DNA of 32,000 nucleotides from Candidatus Saccharimonadota bacterium. GTDB lineage: Bacteria; Patescibacteriota; Saccharimonadia; Saccharimonadales; UBA4665. Numbering within the stretch: position 1 is the stretch's first letter; each line of letters begins with the position of its first letter. The DNA is taken from the NCBI GenBank assembly GCA_016700375.1, contig CP065016.1:540001-572000 (forward strand), written 5' to 3'. A program made the translations under genes and the position numbers. This document shows, in pieces, positions 1 through 7,438 of the stretch. The notes beneath the pieces are model-generated. The model had not been told where the DNA came from. It saw nothing but the letters and a program-made list of their open reading frames with translations, and searched no databases.

Positions 1-345
1 TATCTCGCGGCGACGCTCTTCGGTAAGTGCTGGTATGGGTACTCGCACAACCCGCCCGTCGTCGCTTGGGTTCAAGCCCAAAGACGGGTTATCGCGTATA
101 GCACTGGCGATTGCTTGGAGGTTGCTTGGGTCAAATGGGGTTATTTGCAACAGCTGTGCCTCTGGGGCAATCACATTTGCCACCTGGTTCAGTGGCATGG
201 GCGTGCCGTAGGCTTCAACTATGACGCCGTCGAGCATAGCCGCACTGGCCCGCCCCGTACGCAGACTTTTAAGCTGCTCGTGATAATGCTCTACCGCCCC
301 CGCAAACTTCTTTTTCGTTTCGTCAACAACACTCTGTGGGTTCAT
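1..345 (-). CDS. frr: ribosome recycling factor, first 115 codons (3' end runs off the left window edge)
   Basis: Absent from the ORF track because no stop lies in the window. Reverse complement from ATG at 345 reads MNPQSVVDETKKKFAGAVEHYHEQLKSLRTGRASAAMLDGVIVEAYGTPMPLNQVANV..., a typical RRF N-terminus. AAGGAG (350-355 on +, as ctcctt) lies 4 nt upstream of the ATG. The + strand ORF 115..540 overlapping it is spurious. Confidence 0.85.
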   Translation of the reverse strand, partial: MNPQSVVDETKKKFAGAVEHYHEQLKSLRTGRASAAMLDGVIVEAYGTPMPLNQVANVIAPEAQLLQITPFDPSNLQAIASAIRDNPSLGLNPSDDGRVVRVPIPALTEERRREI

Positions 346-393
346 ACAGCTCCTTCTCTTATGCTCTCAGTAGTATACAAGAAATTTGGCACA

Positions 394-642
394 CTAGAAA
401 TCGCGATAGGTTTGGTCGTCGCGTTTGCCTACGTTCAAAATACGGTTTTCGCCAGCCGCCATTACGTAGAATACTATTCGATAACTACCCGCCCGAACTC
501 TAAAAAATCCTCTGTGTCCTCTGAGGGGCTTGCAGTCTAAGCCCGCCAGATCATTTCGCTCAATTTTGTCCATATACGGCAGAACGTATTCCAGCTGTTT
601 TTTGGTCAGCTTACGGAGAAATTTCTTGATATCATCAGTCAT
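394..642 (-). CDS. relE: RelE/ParE-family type II toxin (mRNA interferase-like), 82 aa
   Basis: Small basic protein with ...LRGHRGFFRVRAGSYRIVFYV...ILNVGKRDD.Y, the RelE/ParE core pattern. Its start lies 3 nt after the stop of the upstream RHH gene, the classic antitoxin-toxin order. Confidence 0.75.
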   Translation of the reverse strand: MTDDIKKFLRKLTKKQLEYVLPYMDKIERNDLAGLDCKPLRGHRGFFRVRAGSYRIVFYVMAAGENRILNVGKRDDQTYRDF

Positions 643-645
643 GCA

Positions 646-924
646 CTATTTTTCAGCTATTATTTCTTCTATAGCATGAACGACATCGCGCACAGGCACG
701 CCGTTGGCGTTTATTTCTCGAAAGTCTACCAGCGTAGTCCAATCACCATCGTCACCCCATTCATCGACAGAAGTTTGCTGTTTCTGGGCTCGGATTCGGT
801 GTAGTAAAGTCTGCCGGATGATATCGCTGCGAGAGGTATAGTCTCGCTTCGCGATGGCATCTATCTCTTTCAGAAGAGCTTTCGGGAGGGTTATGTTGAC
901 TGTTTGGCTCTGCTTATTACTCAT
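646..924 (-). CDS. ribbon-helix-helix (CopG/MetJ-like) antitoxin, 92 aa
   Basis: N-terminal TVNITLPKALLKEIDAIAKRDYTSRSDIIRQTL matches the RHH beta-strand plus two helices pattern. The C-terminus is acidic. It is tightly coupled to the RelE-like ORF. Confidence 0.7.
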   Translation of the reverse strand: MSNKQSQTVNITLPKALLKEIDAIAKRDYTSRSDIIRQTLLHRIRAQKQQTSVDEWGDDGDWTTLVDFREINANGVPVRDVVHAIEEIIAEK

Positions 925-1017
925 ACATAAAATGTATCACATACATACACTTTATGTCTATACGTGTACAGTATAGGCATAGCCGATCTCGGCTTGTGAT
1001 ATGTGCAAAACAGACGA

Positions 1018-1560
1018 CTAATCTCCACTACTAGCCCATGGACCCACGCCAAACACAGAACCGAGTGGATTTAGTGGATCTGCCCCGATTTGTGAAATAT
1101 TTCTTGGTTTTGTCCCTTGAGGAGTATTATCCAGAACCAAATTAGCAATGTCTGGGTGTGTTATGACAAATGCCCCGTCTTCAGGATAGAGAGGAAGGTG
1201 TGCAATGACTTCTTCACCGTTCCTGAAGAATCTAAGCCTAAAGAGTTCTTCTTCGGTTGCGTCCGGCCCAAGAGCTGTTTTTTGGTAGAGCCCACCTAGT
1301 ATCCCCGTGGCTCCGATTCGGCTAATGACTTCCACAGATATCGCGGCCGTCTGACTATGAACATTCTCGTTACCCAGAGCCATACGGATAATCTCCAGAA
1401 CCGCAGTGGGAACCGCCGGGAAATCATATACCGGCGGCTGCCCAGTCACATTCTTAGATGCCCAGGCAGCAGACATCTCTACCCAAGATGCAACCTGAGT
1501 GCTGGTTGGCTGTACTGAATGTTCGGCTCCCTTGGGGCGATGTTTTCTGAAAATACCCAT
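1018..1560 (-). CDS. hypothetical protein, 180 aa, no motif recognised
   Basis: Long ORF on the same strand, starting 12 nt after the tsf stop with an AGGG-type RBS-like stretch. It occupies the position where pyrH usually sits between tsf and frr but does not resemble UMP kinase. Confidence 0.55.
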   Translation of the reverse strand: MGIFRKHRPKGAEHSVQPTSTQVASWVEMSAAWASKNVTGQPPVYDFPAVPTAVLEIIRMALGNENVHSQTAAISVEVISRIGATGILGGLYQKTALGPDATEEELFRLRFFRNGEEVIAHLPLYPEDGAFVITHPDIANLVLDNTPQGTKPRNISQIGADPLNPLGSVFGVGPWASSGD

Positions 1561-1572
1561 ACGCGTACCCTA

Positions 1573-2166
1573 CTATTTTTCTCCGAGGGCGATGCGGTTG
1601 AAGCGGCGGACGACGATGTTTTCGCCAAGACGAGCATTGTGGTCTTTTACGTAGTCGCCAACAGTTTGGTCGGGGTTTTTTATGAACGGCTGGTCAAGCA
1701 AGCACAGCTCGGCAAAGTATTTCGACAGCTGGCCTTCGACAATTTTTTCCGCCATGTCAGCTGGCTTGCCCTTTAGCGCATCGCCCGCGAGTAGTTCCTG
1801 TTTTTTGGCTTCGCGGTCTTCGGCTGGAATGTCATCTGCCTGCACATGTGCAGGATTGCTGGCGGCAACATGCATGGCAATATCTTTCACGAGGTCTTGG
1901 AAAATTTCGTTGCGGGCAACAAAGTCTGTTTCGCAGTTTACCTCGACAATGACACCTATGCGACCATCATGGTTGTAGGTGCCGACAAGTCCTTGTCTCG
2001 CCTCGCGCTCGCCGCGTTTTTCGGCCTTGGTTAGGCCTTTTTTGCGCATTTCTTTTAGGGCAGCGTCGAAGTCGCCGTCGCTCGCTTCAAGCGCTTTTTT
2101 GGCATCGGTCATACCGACACCGGTAAGCTCACGCAGTCTCTTTATATCTTCAATTGTAATTGCCAT
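1573..2166 (-). CDS. tsf: translation elongation factor Ts (short 197-aa form)
   Basis: MAITIEDIKRLRELTGVGMTDAKKALEASDGDFDAALKEMRKKG is the UBA-like EF-Ts N-terminus. VEVNCETDFVARN is the conserved core. AGGAG lies upstream (2172-2180 region). It sits downstream of rpsB as usual. Confidence 0.95.
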   Translation of the reverse strand: MAITIEDIKRLRELTGVGMTDAKKALEASDGDFDAALKEMRKKGLTKAEKRGEREARQGLVGTYNHDGRIGVIVEVNCETDFVARNEIFQDLVKDIAMHVAASNPAHVQADDIPAEDREAKKQELLAGDALKGKPADMAEKIVEGQLSKYFAELCLLDQPFIKNPDQTVGDYVKDHNARLGENIVVRRFNRIALGEK

Positions 2167-2184
2167 ATTGTAAATCTCCTGATT

Positions 2185-2291
2185 ATCCTGTTACGTGTAA
2201 CATGTAACATTGGTGTAACGATTGTCCTGTCACGATTGCCGCTGCAATTGTTACACGTCACATGATAATTCTATGTGACATGTGACAGGAT
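2185..2291. repeat. dense array of GTNAC pentamers, tandem heptamers and an outer imperfect inverted repeat in the rpsB-tsf spacer
   Basis: Nine GTNAC sites in 107 bp: GTTAC, GTAAC x3, GTCAC, GTTAC, GTCAC, GTGAC x2. Tandem heptamers GTGTAAC-ATGTAAC (left) and ATGTGAC-ATGTGAC (right). Outer arms ATCCTGTTACGTGTAACAT (2185-2203) versus the reverse complement of ATGTGACATGTGACAGGAT (2273-2291) match at 16 of 19 positions. ACGATTG is repeated at 2218 and 2232. Confidence 0.8.
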
Positions 2292-2296
2292 ACAGG

Positions 2297-3010
2297 TTAA
2301 TCTTTTTTGTCTTCTGGTACTTTGCTTTTGGCCTTGCCTGCTTCTACGGCCGCCTGGAAGTAGTCAGCCAGGAGCTCCAGCGCCTTGATAGCGTCGTCGT
2401 TGCACGGAATTGGGTGGGTAATACCTACGGGGTTAGCGTTCGTATCGCACACACCAACTATCGGCAGTTTTAGCTTCTGGGCTTCTTTTACCGCGTTCGT
2501 ATCATGAACAATATCAAATACAACAACCACACCCGGCCGAGCATTCAGCTCTTTTATGCCACCGTAAAGCACGTTCATGGCATCGATTTCTTCTTGGAAG
2601 CGCTGAACCTCAAGCTTGTTGAATTTATTTGCCAGCTCACCGCTCGCCATCTTGGTTTCAAGGTCAACCAGGTGTTTTATTTGGGCACCCACGGTGTTCC
2701 AGTTGGTTAGCATGCCGCCAAGCCAGCGTTCAGTAACATACGGCTGCCCTGTCGCCTCGGCAAGATTTTTTACAATATCTTGCGCCTGTTTCTTGGTGCC
2801 TACGAACAGGACTTGCTTATTCTTGCTGGCGGCGTCCTCGACGGCTTGGAGGGCCTCTTCAAGCTTTACGACTGTCTTAGTGAGGTCTATGATGTGGCTA
2901 CCACCACGCTTGCTGTGGATATACTGCGCCATTTTCGGGTGCCACCGCTCTGTCTTGTGGCCAAAGTGCGCCCCAGCCTCTAGTAATTGTTTGATATCTA
3001 CGTCTGCCAT
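2297..3010 (-). CDS. rpsB: 30S ribosomal protein S2
   Basis: MADVDIKQLLEAGAHFGHKTERWHPKM...HIIDL...LFVGTKKQAQ...WLGGMLTN are canonical S2 motifs. It has a short Lys/Asp-rich C-terminal tail. Confidence 0.97.
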   Translation of the reverse strand: MADVDIKQLLEAGAHFGHKTERWHPKMAQYIHSKRGGSHIIDLTKTVVKLEEALQAVEDAASKNKQVLFVGTKKQAQDIVKNLAEATGQPYVTERWLGGMLTNWNTVGAQIKHLVDLETKMASGELANKFNKLEVQRFQEEIDAMNVLYGGIKELNARPGVVVVFDIVHDTNAVKEAQKLKLPIVGVCDTNANPVGITHPIPCNDDAIKALELLADYFQAAVEAGKAKSKVPEDKKD

Positions 3011-3014
3011 GCAG

Positions 3015-3036
3015 ACTCCTTTCTTACGAAAGGAGT
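3015..3036 (-). promoter_or_regulatory. perfect 9-bp hairpin sequestering the rpsB Shine-Dalgarno sequence
   Basis: In mRNA sense: ACUCCUUUC-GUAA-GAAAGGAGU, then CUGC, then AUG. The stem pairs CUCCUUUC with the SD GAAAGGAG, and the loop is a GNRA-type GUAA. Confidence 0.5.
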
Positions 3037-3063
3037 AGTTGGTAGTTGGTAGTTGGTAGTTGG
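3036..3063. repeat. 4 x 7-bp perfect tandem repeat (TAGTTGG) in the rpsB 5' leader
   Basis: tagttgg tagttgg tagttgg tagttgg read directly. In mRNA sense (CCAACUA)x4 can pair imperfectly with the upstream GGUUGUAGGUAGUAGAUAGGG (plus strand 3066-3100). Confidence 0.85.
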
Positions 3064-3200
3064 GATAACCCTATCTACTACCTACAACCTTCTATCTACT
3101 AACCCCAATCCTTATACACCGGCCGGGTCACCACAAACGCGCTTGCAAAGCCACGCCGCAGAGGATTTCCACCCGCACCTGCTTAGTTAATTGCCAACGT

Positions 3201-3209
3201 ATTATAACA
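3201..3209 (-). promoter_or_regulatory. candidate extended -10 promoter for rpsB-tsf
   Basis: The minus strand reads TGTTATAAT (TGnTATAAT). This implies a leader of roughly 180 nt before the rpsB ATG. No good -35 is seen. Confidence 0.35.
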
Positions 3210-3244
3210 TGCCCTCACAAAATATCTACCAGCAGAATAGTTTT

Positions 3245-5134
3245 TTATATAAACAATTCTTCTGTTTTTGATGATCTGAGCCACGGAGGTGTCGAATTTC
3301 GATAATTTTCTGCAGCTCCAGCTAAGCCCTCAAGAAAAGCATCGTTCGATACCCCTCCCTGTTCATAACTAGTTTCAGGCATCGCATCAAATTCCTCAGG
3401 CGTAAACAATATTTTTCCTTTGTTATCAATCACAGGAATATACATTTTATTTTTGGCAATTTCCTTCTTTAATTCATCCAACGAGGAACCTTGATGACAT
3501 ACGATTGCTTTTACTTCGGTAGAAGGGACAGCTCCAAGTATTAGTCTGTGGCGGTTATCATCACCTGCAGTAACATCGGCTAACCTATCAGGATAGTGTG
3601 TCTGTGATTCAGCATCTCGTGAAAGCACAAATGTTACCGAACGTTCATGCACGCGGCTACTTACCGCACTAACCACGTCAGGAAAGTTCACTGCAACATC
3701 GTCAATTCTATAGAAGTCGACATTAAATGGAAATGCATCTGCGTCTGGTACTTCTGCGGCCAGCTCTCCGCATACTAACCCACTCTGAAGAATGTTTCTG
3801 GTAACGACATCGCTTGTTGTATGTATCAAATCCCCTTCTTGAATCAAACGCGCACCAGATTCTACGTTTTCTCTATTTGCCTGTGACCGTTCTGCCTTCT
3901 CCCGCTGTGATTGACTTTTTTCGTACGCATTTTGAACACGTTCCCCTAGCACAAGTTCCTGGTATTCTCCCCTTAGGTCAGACAGGGAGGCACCTTCGAC
4001 CTCTATTCGCCCGTCCGTACCCTTATGCACTTGGACATATTCGTCCTTCAGGCAGATTGTACGCTCTTCATCGGTCATGGTTGTTAGTGATTTTTCGGGA
4101 ATATCGCCTGCTGTGCGTAAAGATTCAGGGAGACGCGAAGCCAAAGGAACAGGAACATCGCGCAGAACATTTTGTTCCGGTCGATATGTTGTGACCGCAC
4201 CATGCGCAACACTTCCATATGTAATTTCGCCGATTTCTTCAGTGCGGCCAAGTCGCAAGATACTATTGGCAAAACGCCTTGATACCTCTGTGGCTCGCGG
4301 ATTATTTAGAACATCTATATAGTGAAGCATGCGCGAGCGTCTGCTTTCATCTGGCTCATCCTCGTATAACTGTGCGGCCGATTCAACTGCCGTACCATGC
4401 CGTAAGAACATATTCGCTGTGCTACTAAGCAAATACGATTTCGTCGCGGCAAGCTTGGCTATCTCGTCTGGGTACTTAAAGTGTGCTGCCATGAACCCAC
4501 TATCAGTTGCAGTTTCAGGGAAACGACCTAGTGCCCTCCACATGTCATTCGGCAGCCCAGTAGTCGCGATTTTTTCAACAATCCTCCGAGCAATATCCGC
4601 GCTCACGGGTGGTATCATGTCGATATAGCCTGCAAGTTCGGTGGCGTTAGGAGATGCATCTAAATAGGCGGCGAGTATAGAATCGTTTCCATCTGTTTCA
4701 ATGGCCTTTTTGCTTTCGAGTGTTGCGCCTTTAGGTTCCATCCCCTCATGAAAAAATGGACCACGCCTTCTTGCTTGCTTGCCAGGAGGAGGATTTATTC
4801 CCGTTCCTTTCAGCACAAAACGTCCCTCGTCTATTATAGTTTCGAGTAGCGCCCGCTCACCCTCGGATCTTGTATTGAAACCTGGGTCAGCTTCGGCGGC
4901 CTCGGCAGCATCTGCCACTTCATGTTCTGGACGAAGTTCTTGACTACGAAAAGTAGCTAGAGCTTCTTGGTTATGACCCATAATATGTTCTGCTTCTAGG
5001 GCAGCGGGTAATTCTATGCCCCCAACGAACTCATTTACGGCACTCTCGGGTTTTAGCGTTATTTTTTGCGTCATCAGATCTTGCGCTTCAACAAAGTTAT
5101 TGAAAGTATTTGGTTGCTGTTCGGCTGGAGACAT
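3245..5134 (-). CDS. hypothetical 629-aa protein with a possible ADP-ribosyltransferase-like C-terminal region
   Basis: Uninterrupted ORF with ATG start, no signal peptide and no TM segment. Residues about 435-545 read LIHTTSDVVTRNILQSGLVCGEL...FNVDFYR...RLILGAVPSTEVKAIV. This recalls the H-x-[ST]...NIL..GL, aromatic Y and E pattern of H-Y-E ART/PARP/DarT folds. The match is weak and motif-level only. Confidence 0.6.
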   Translation of the reverse strand: MSPAEQQPNTFNNFVEAQDLMTQKITLKPESAVNEFVGGIELPAALEAEHIMGHNQEALATFRSQELRPEHEVADAAEAAEADPGFNTRSEGERALLETIIDEGRFVLKGTGINPPPGKQARRRGPFFHEGMEPKGATLESKKAIETDGNDSILAAYLDASPNATELAGYIDMIPPVSADIARRIVEKIATTGLPNDMWRALGRFPETATDSGFMAAHFKYPDEIAKLAATKSYLLSSTANMFLRHGTAVESAAQLYEDEPDESRRSRMLHYIDVLNNPRATEVSRRFANSILRLGRTEEIGEITYGSVAHGAVTTYRPEQNVLRDVPVPLASRLPESLRTAGDIPEKSLTTMTDEERTICLKDEYVQVHKGTDGRIEVEGASLSDLRGEYQELVLGERVQNAYEKSQSQREKAERSQANRENVESGARLIQEGDLIHTTSDVVTRNILQSGLVCGELAAEVPDADAFPFNVDFYRIDDVAVNFPDVVSAVSSRVHERSVTFVLSRDAESQTHYPDRLADVTAGDDNRHRLILGAVPSTEVKAIVCHQGSSLDELKKEIAKNKMYIPVIDNKGKILFTPEEFDAMPETSYEQGGVSNDAFLEGLAGAAENYRNSTPPWLRSSKTEELFI

Positions 5135-5179
5135 ATGAGATCTTTATTTGTATTATATATGCTTTATTTTACTCCTATA

Positions 5180-5208
5180 TTGCGAACTGCCAACAGAGGT
5201 GCTACAAT
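5180..5208 (+). promoter_or_regulatory. sigma70-like promoter upstream of rpmE
   Basis: TTGCGA (5180-5185), a 17-nt spacer, then TACAAT (5203-5208). About 95 nt of leader precede the rpmE ATG. Confidence 0.45.
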
Positions 5209-5307
5209 ATGGACTAACTGTTTGGGATAGGTCGGACTGCAGCACGCCCACTGCTAACCCGAAGGCCAAACATACTAACCATCATTTTACGGGCAGAGGT
5301 TATACCA

Positions 5308-5652
5308 ATGAAAAAGGATTTGCATCCGAAAAACTATCGACTGGTTGTGTTCCAGGACCTAAACAACAACCACACCTACCTAACGCGTAGTACGGTCGCC
5401 ACAGACGAGACTATCACACTCGACGGTGTGGAGTATCCGCTGGTGAAAGTGCACATTACCGGCTCGAGCCACCCGTTCTTTACCGGCGAAGAGCGTGTTC
5501 TTGACATTGAAGGTCGCGTCGACAAGTTTAAAGCCCGTGCCGAAGCTGCTGCTAAGGCCAAAGAAGCCCGTATGGCCGCCGCCAAAAAAGCCAGCGCCCG
5601 TGCAGAGAAAAAAGCCGAAAAAGCAGCCGACGAAAAGAACGACGCCAAGTAG
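5308..5652 (+). CDS. rpmE: 50S ribosomal protein L31, type B (no CxxC zinc motif) with a Lys/Ala-rich C-terminal extension
   Basis: MKKDLHPKNYRLVVFQD...LDGVEYPLVKVHITGSSHPFFTG is the L31 core. No cysteine pairs are present, which is type B-like. After RVDKFKAR comes a tail of about 40 aa: AEAAAKAKEARMAAAKKASARAEKKAEKAADEKNDAK. Confidence 0.9.
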   Translation: MKKDLHPKNYRLVVFQDLNNNHTYLTRSTVATDETITLDGVEYPLVKVHITGSSHPFFTGEERVLDIEGRVDKFKARAEAAAKAKEARMAAAKKASARAEKKAEKAADEKNDAK

Positions 5653-5667
5653 CTGCAACCCGCTAAA

Positions 5668-5700
5668 GCCGCTGAAAGTACGACACTTTCGGCGGTTTTG
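5668..5700 (+). terminator. rho-independent terminator after rpmE
   Basis: GCCGCTGAAAGT-acgac-ACTTTCGGCGG (11 of 12 bp paired) followed by TTTT. Confidence 0.6.
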
Positions 5701-5718
5701 TTTATACTAGGAGAAGAT

Positions 5719-6777
5719 ATGGACCAGAAAGAGCAAGCCCTCCGAGATGAATTCACTGACCTACAGCTAAAATTGCAGGATTCTTCAGTGTATGCTGACC
5801 CTTCCTATCCAAAACTCGCGAAACGGCAGGCTTACCTTGAAGGTATTGTTTTCCTATTTGATGAAAAAAAGCGTTTGCAGAAAGCTTTTCGTGAAGCCTC
5901 AGAGATGACTAGTAGCGACGATACTGAGCTAGCAGCACTCGCACAGGACGAACTGGCTTCTACTGAGTCCGCACTCAATATAAATGAAGCAAAGCTCATT
6001 GAGTCACTCACCCCAAAAGATCCAAATGACGAAAAAGACATAATAATCGAAATCCGGGCTGGTGCGGGTGGTGACGAATCAAGCCTCTTTGCCGCCGAGC
6101 TTTACCGCATGTACGTAAGATGGGGTGAAATAAAGGGCTATAAAACAGAGCTCGTAAGCGAAAGTCCAAGTGAAGTCGGCGGTTTTAAAGAAATTATATT
6201 TGCTATGCGCGGTGATGATATGTACAAGCACCTCAAGTTTGAGGCTGGCGTTCACCGCGTGCAGCGTGTACCCGCCACCGAGTCACAGGGCCGCATCCAT
6301 ACCTCGACTGTCACGGTAGCTGTACTGCCCGAGGCAGAAGAAACCGATATAGAAATCAACCCAAATGACCTACGCATAGATGTGTACCGCAGTGGCGGCC
6401 ACGGTGGCCAAAGTGTAAACACCACCGATTCAGCCGTGCGTATTACGCACTTGCCTACGGGGCTTGTGGTGGCCAACCAAGACGAAAAGTCTCAAATAAA
6501 AAATAAGGCGAAAGCGCTCAGCGTTCTACGTTCCCGTCTGCTCCAAATGAAAATAGATGAAGAAACCAAACAGCTCAGCGACGCCCGAAAAAAGCTGATT
6601 GGCAGTGGCGACCGCAGTGAAAAAATACGCACCTACAACTTCCCACAAGACCGCATAACCGACCACCGCATTGGCTACAGCCGTAGTAACATCCCAGGTG
6701 CACTAGCCGGCCAAATAGATGACCTCATAGAAAAACTAGCCGATTATGAACGCCAGCTCATCAATAACGATAACTGA
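5719..6777 (+). CDS. prfA: peptide chain release factor 1
   Basis: PAT tripeptide ([13 protein letters not shown]) and GGQ motif ([24 protein letters not shown]). I prefer ATG at 5719, with GGAG 7 nt upstream, over the TTG at 5698 used by the ORF track. Confidence 0.95.
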   Translation: MDQKEQALRDEFTDLQLKLQDSSVYADPSYPKLAKRQAYLEGIVFLFDEKKRLQKAFREASEMTSSDDTELAALAQDELASTESALNINEAKLIESLTPKDPNDEKDIIIEIRAGAGGDESSLFAAELYRMYVRWGEIKGYKTELVSESPSEVGGFKEIIFAMRGDDMYKHLKFEAGVHRVQRVPATESQGRIHTSTVTVAVLPEAEETDIEINPNDLRIDVYRSGGHGGQSVNTTDSAVRITHLPTGLVVANQDEKSQIKNKAKALSVLRSRLLQMKIDEETKQLSDARKKLIGSGDRSEKIRTYNFPQDRITDHRIGYSRSNIPGALAGQIDDLIEKLADYERQLINNDN

Positions 6778-6911
6778 CCATTTAACTAGTTGCGTGCCGT
6801 AGTTTAACTCTCCACTCTACCCGCAGCCAAACCTATCAAGCCTCAAGCGTAAATACTGGACTAGGCGGTATCATAAAAAATGGCTAACTAAAAGCCTAAA
6901 AAATGATTAGC

Positions 6912-7322
6912 CTACACATCCGCTTGCGGTGTTGGAGCTCCAGCATCTTGCGCGGCTTCTACGGCATGGTAAAGTGAGGAGAGGTCGCTCCCCATTGGAT
7001 AGAAAAATTGCACTAACGCACCACCATCTTCAACAAACTGCCTTGCCGTATGGCCATAGTCAATTGGATTAATCTTACGGTCGGTTATTCCGTTATGGAT
7101 GTTTCTGTGAGCTTGTGCTTCATATATAGTTGCCGCTGTGTCTGGATCGGTAATGACGACTGCACGTATTCCATGCTGTGGCGCAAGCTCCGCCAATAGC
7201 GCCGCCTCTCCGGCCAAATAATATATATTTGCATGAACTACCAGCTTAGAAGCTTCACCGGAACCTGGATCAGTAACTTCGTTTAATCCTACAGATGGAA
7301 TTGAAATGTTTTTGCTGGACAT
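6912..7322 (-). CDS. hypothetical protein, about 136 aa from ATG 7322
   Basis: ORF 6912..7355 in the track starts at a TTG inside a GA repeat. The ATG at 7322 (MSSKNISIP...) is more plausible. No motif recognised. Confidence 0.5.
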   Translation of the reverse strand: MSSKNISIPSVGLNEVTDPGSGEASKLVVHANIYYLAGEAALLAELAPQHGIRAVVITDPDTAATIYEAQAHRNIHNGITDRKINPIDYGHTARQFVEDGGALVQFFYPMGSDLSSLYHAVEAAQDAGAPTPQADV

Positions 7323-7336
7323 AATAACGTATGATA

Positions 7337-7353
7337 CTCTCTCTCTCTCTCTC
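7337..7353. repeat. (CT)8C dinucleotide microsatellite, (GA)n in the sense of the adjacent minus-strand gene
   Basis: ctctctctctctctctc read directly. It lies 15-31 nt upstream of the ATG at 7322. Confidence 0.9.
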
Positions 7354-7387
7354 AAGATTTGTCAATAGTTTTCACACTTTATTTTGG

Positions 7388-7432
7388 ATTTTGCAAATTT
7401 TGCTTGCAAAATGTAGCTATATTAGCTAGAAT
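7388..7432 (+). promoter_or_regulatory. promoter plus operator-like palindromes of the phd-vapC operon; mRNA probably leaderless
   Basis: ATTTTGCAA-n7-TTGCAAAAT is a perfect 9-bp inverted repeat (7388-7412) overlapping TTGCAA (7404-7409). A 17-nt spacer leads to TAGAAT (7427-7432). A TAGCTAtatTAGCTA palindrome lies in the spacer. The ATG at 7439 is only 6 nt after the -10 and has no SD. Confidence 0.45.
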
Positions 7433-7438
7433 GTAACT

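Noticed and set aside
115-540. 141-aa + strand ORF at the left end
   Set aside because: It lies antisense to a clear frr reading frame (1-345) and to the RelE-like gene. It has no RBS and a Trp/Cys/His-rich nonsense composition.
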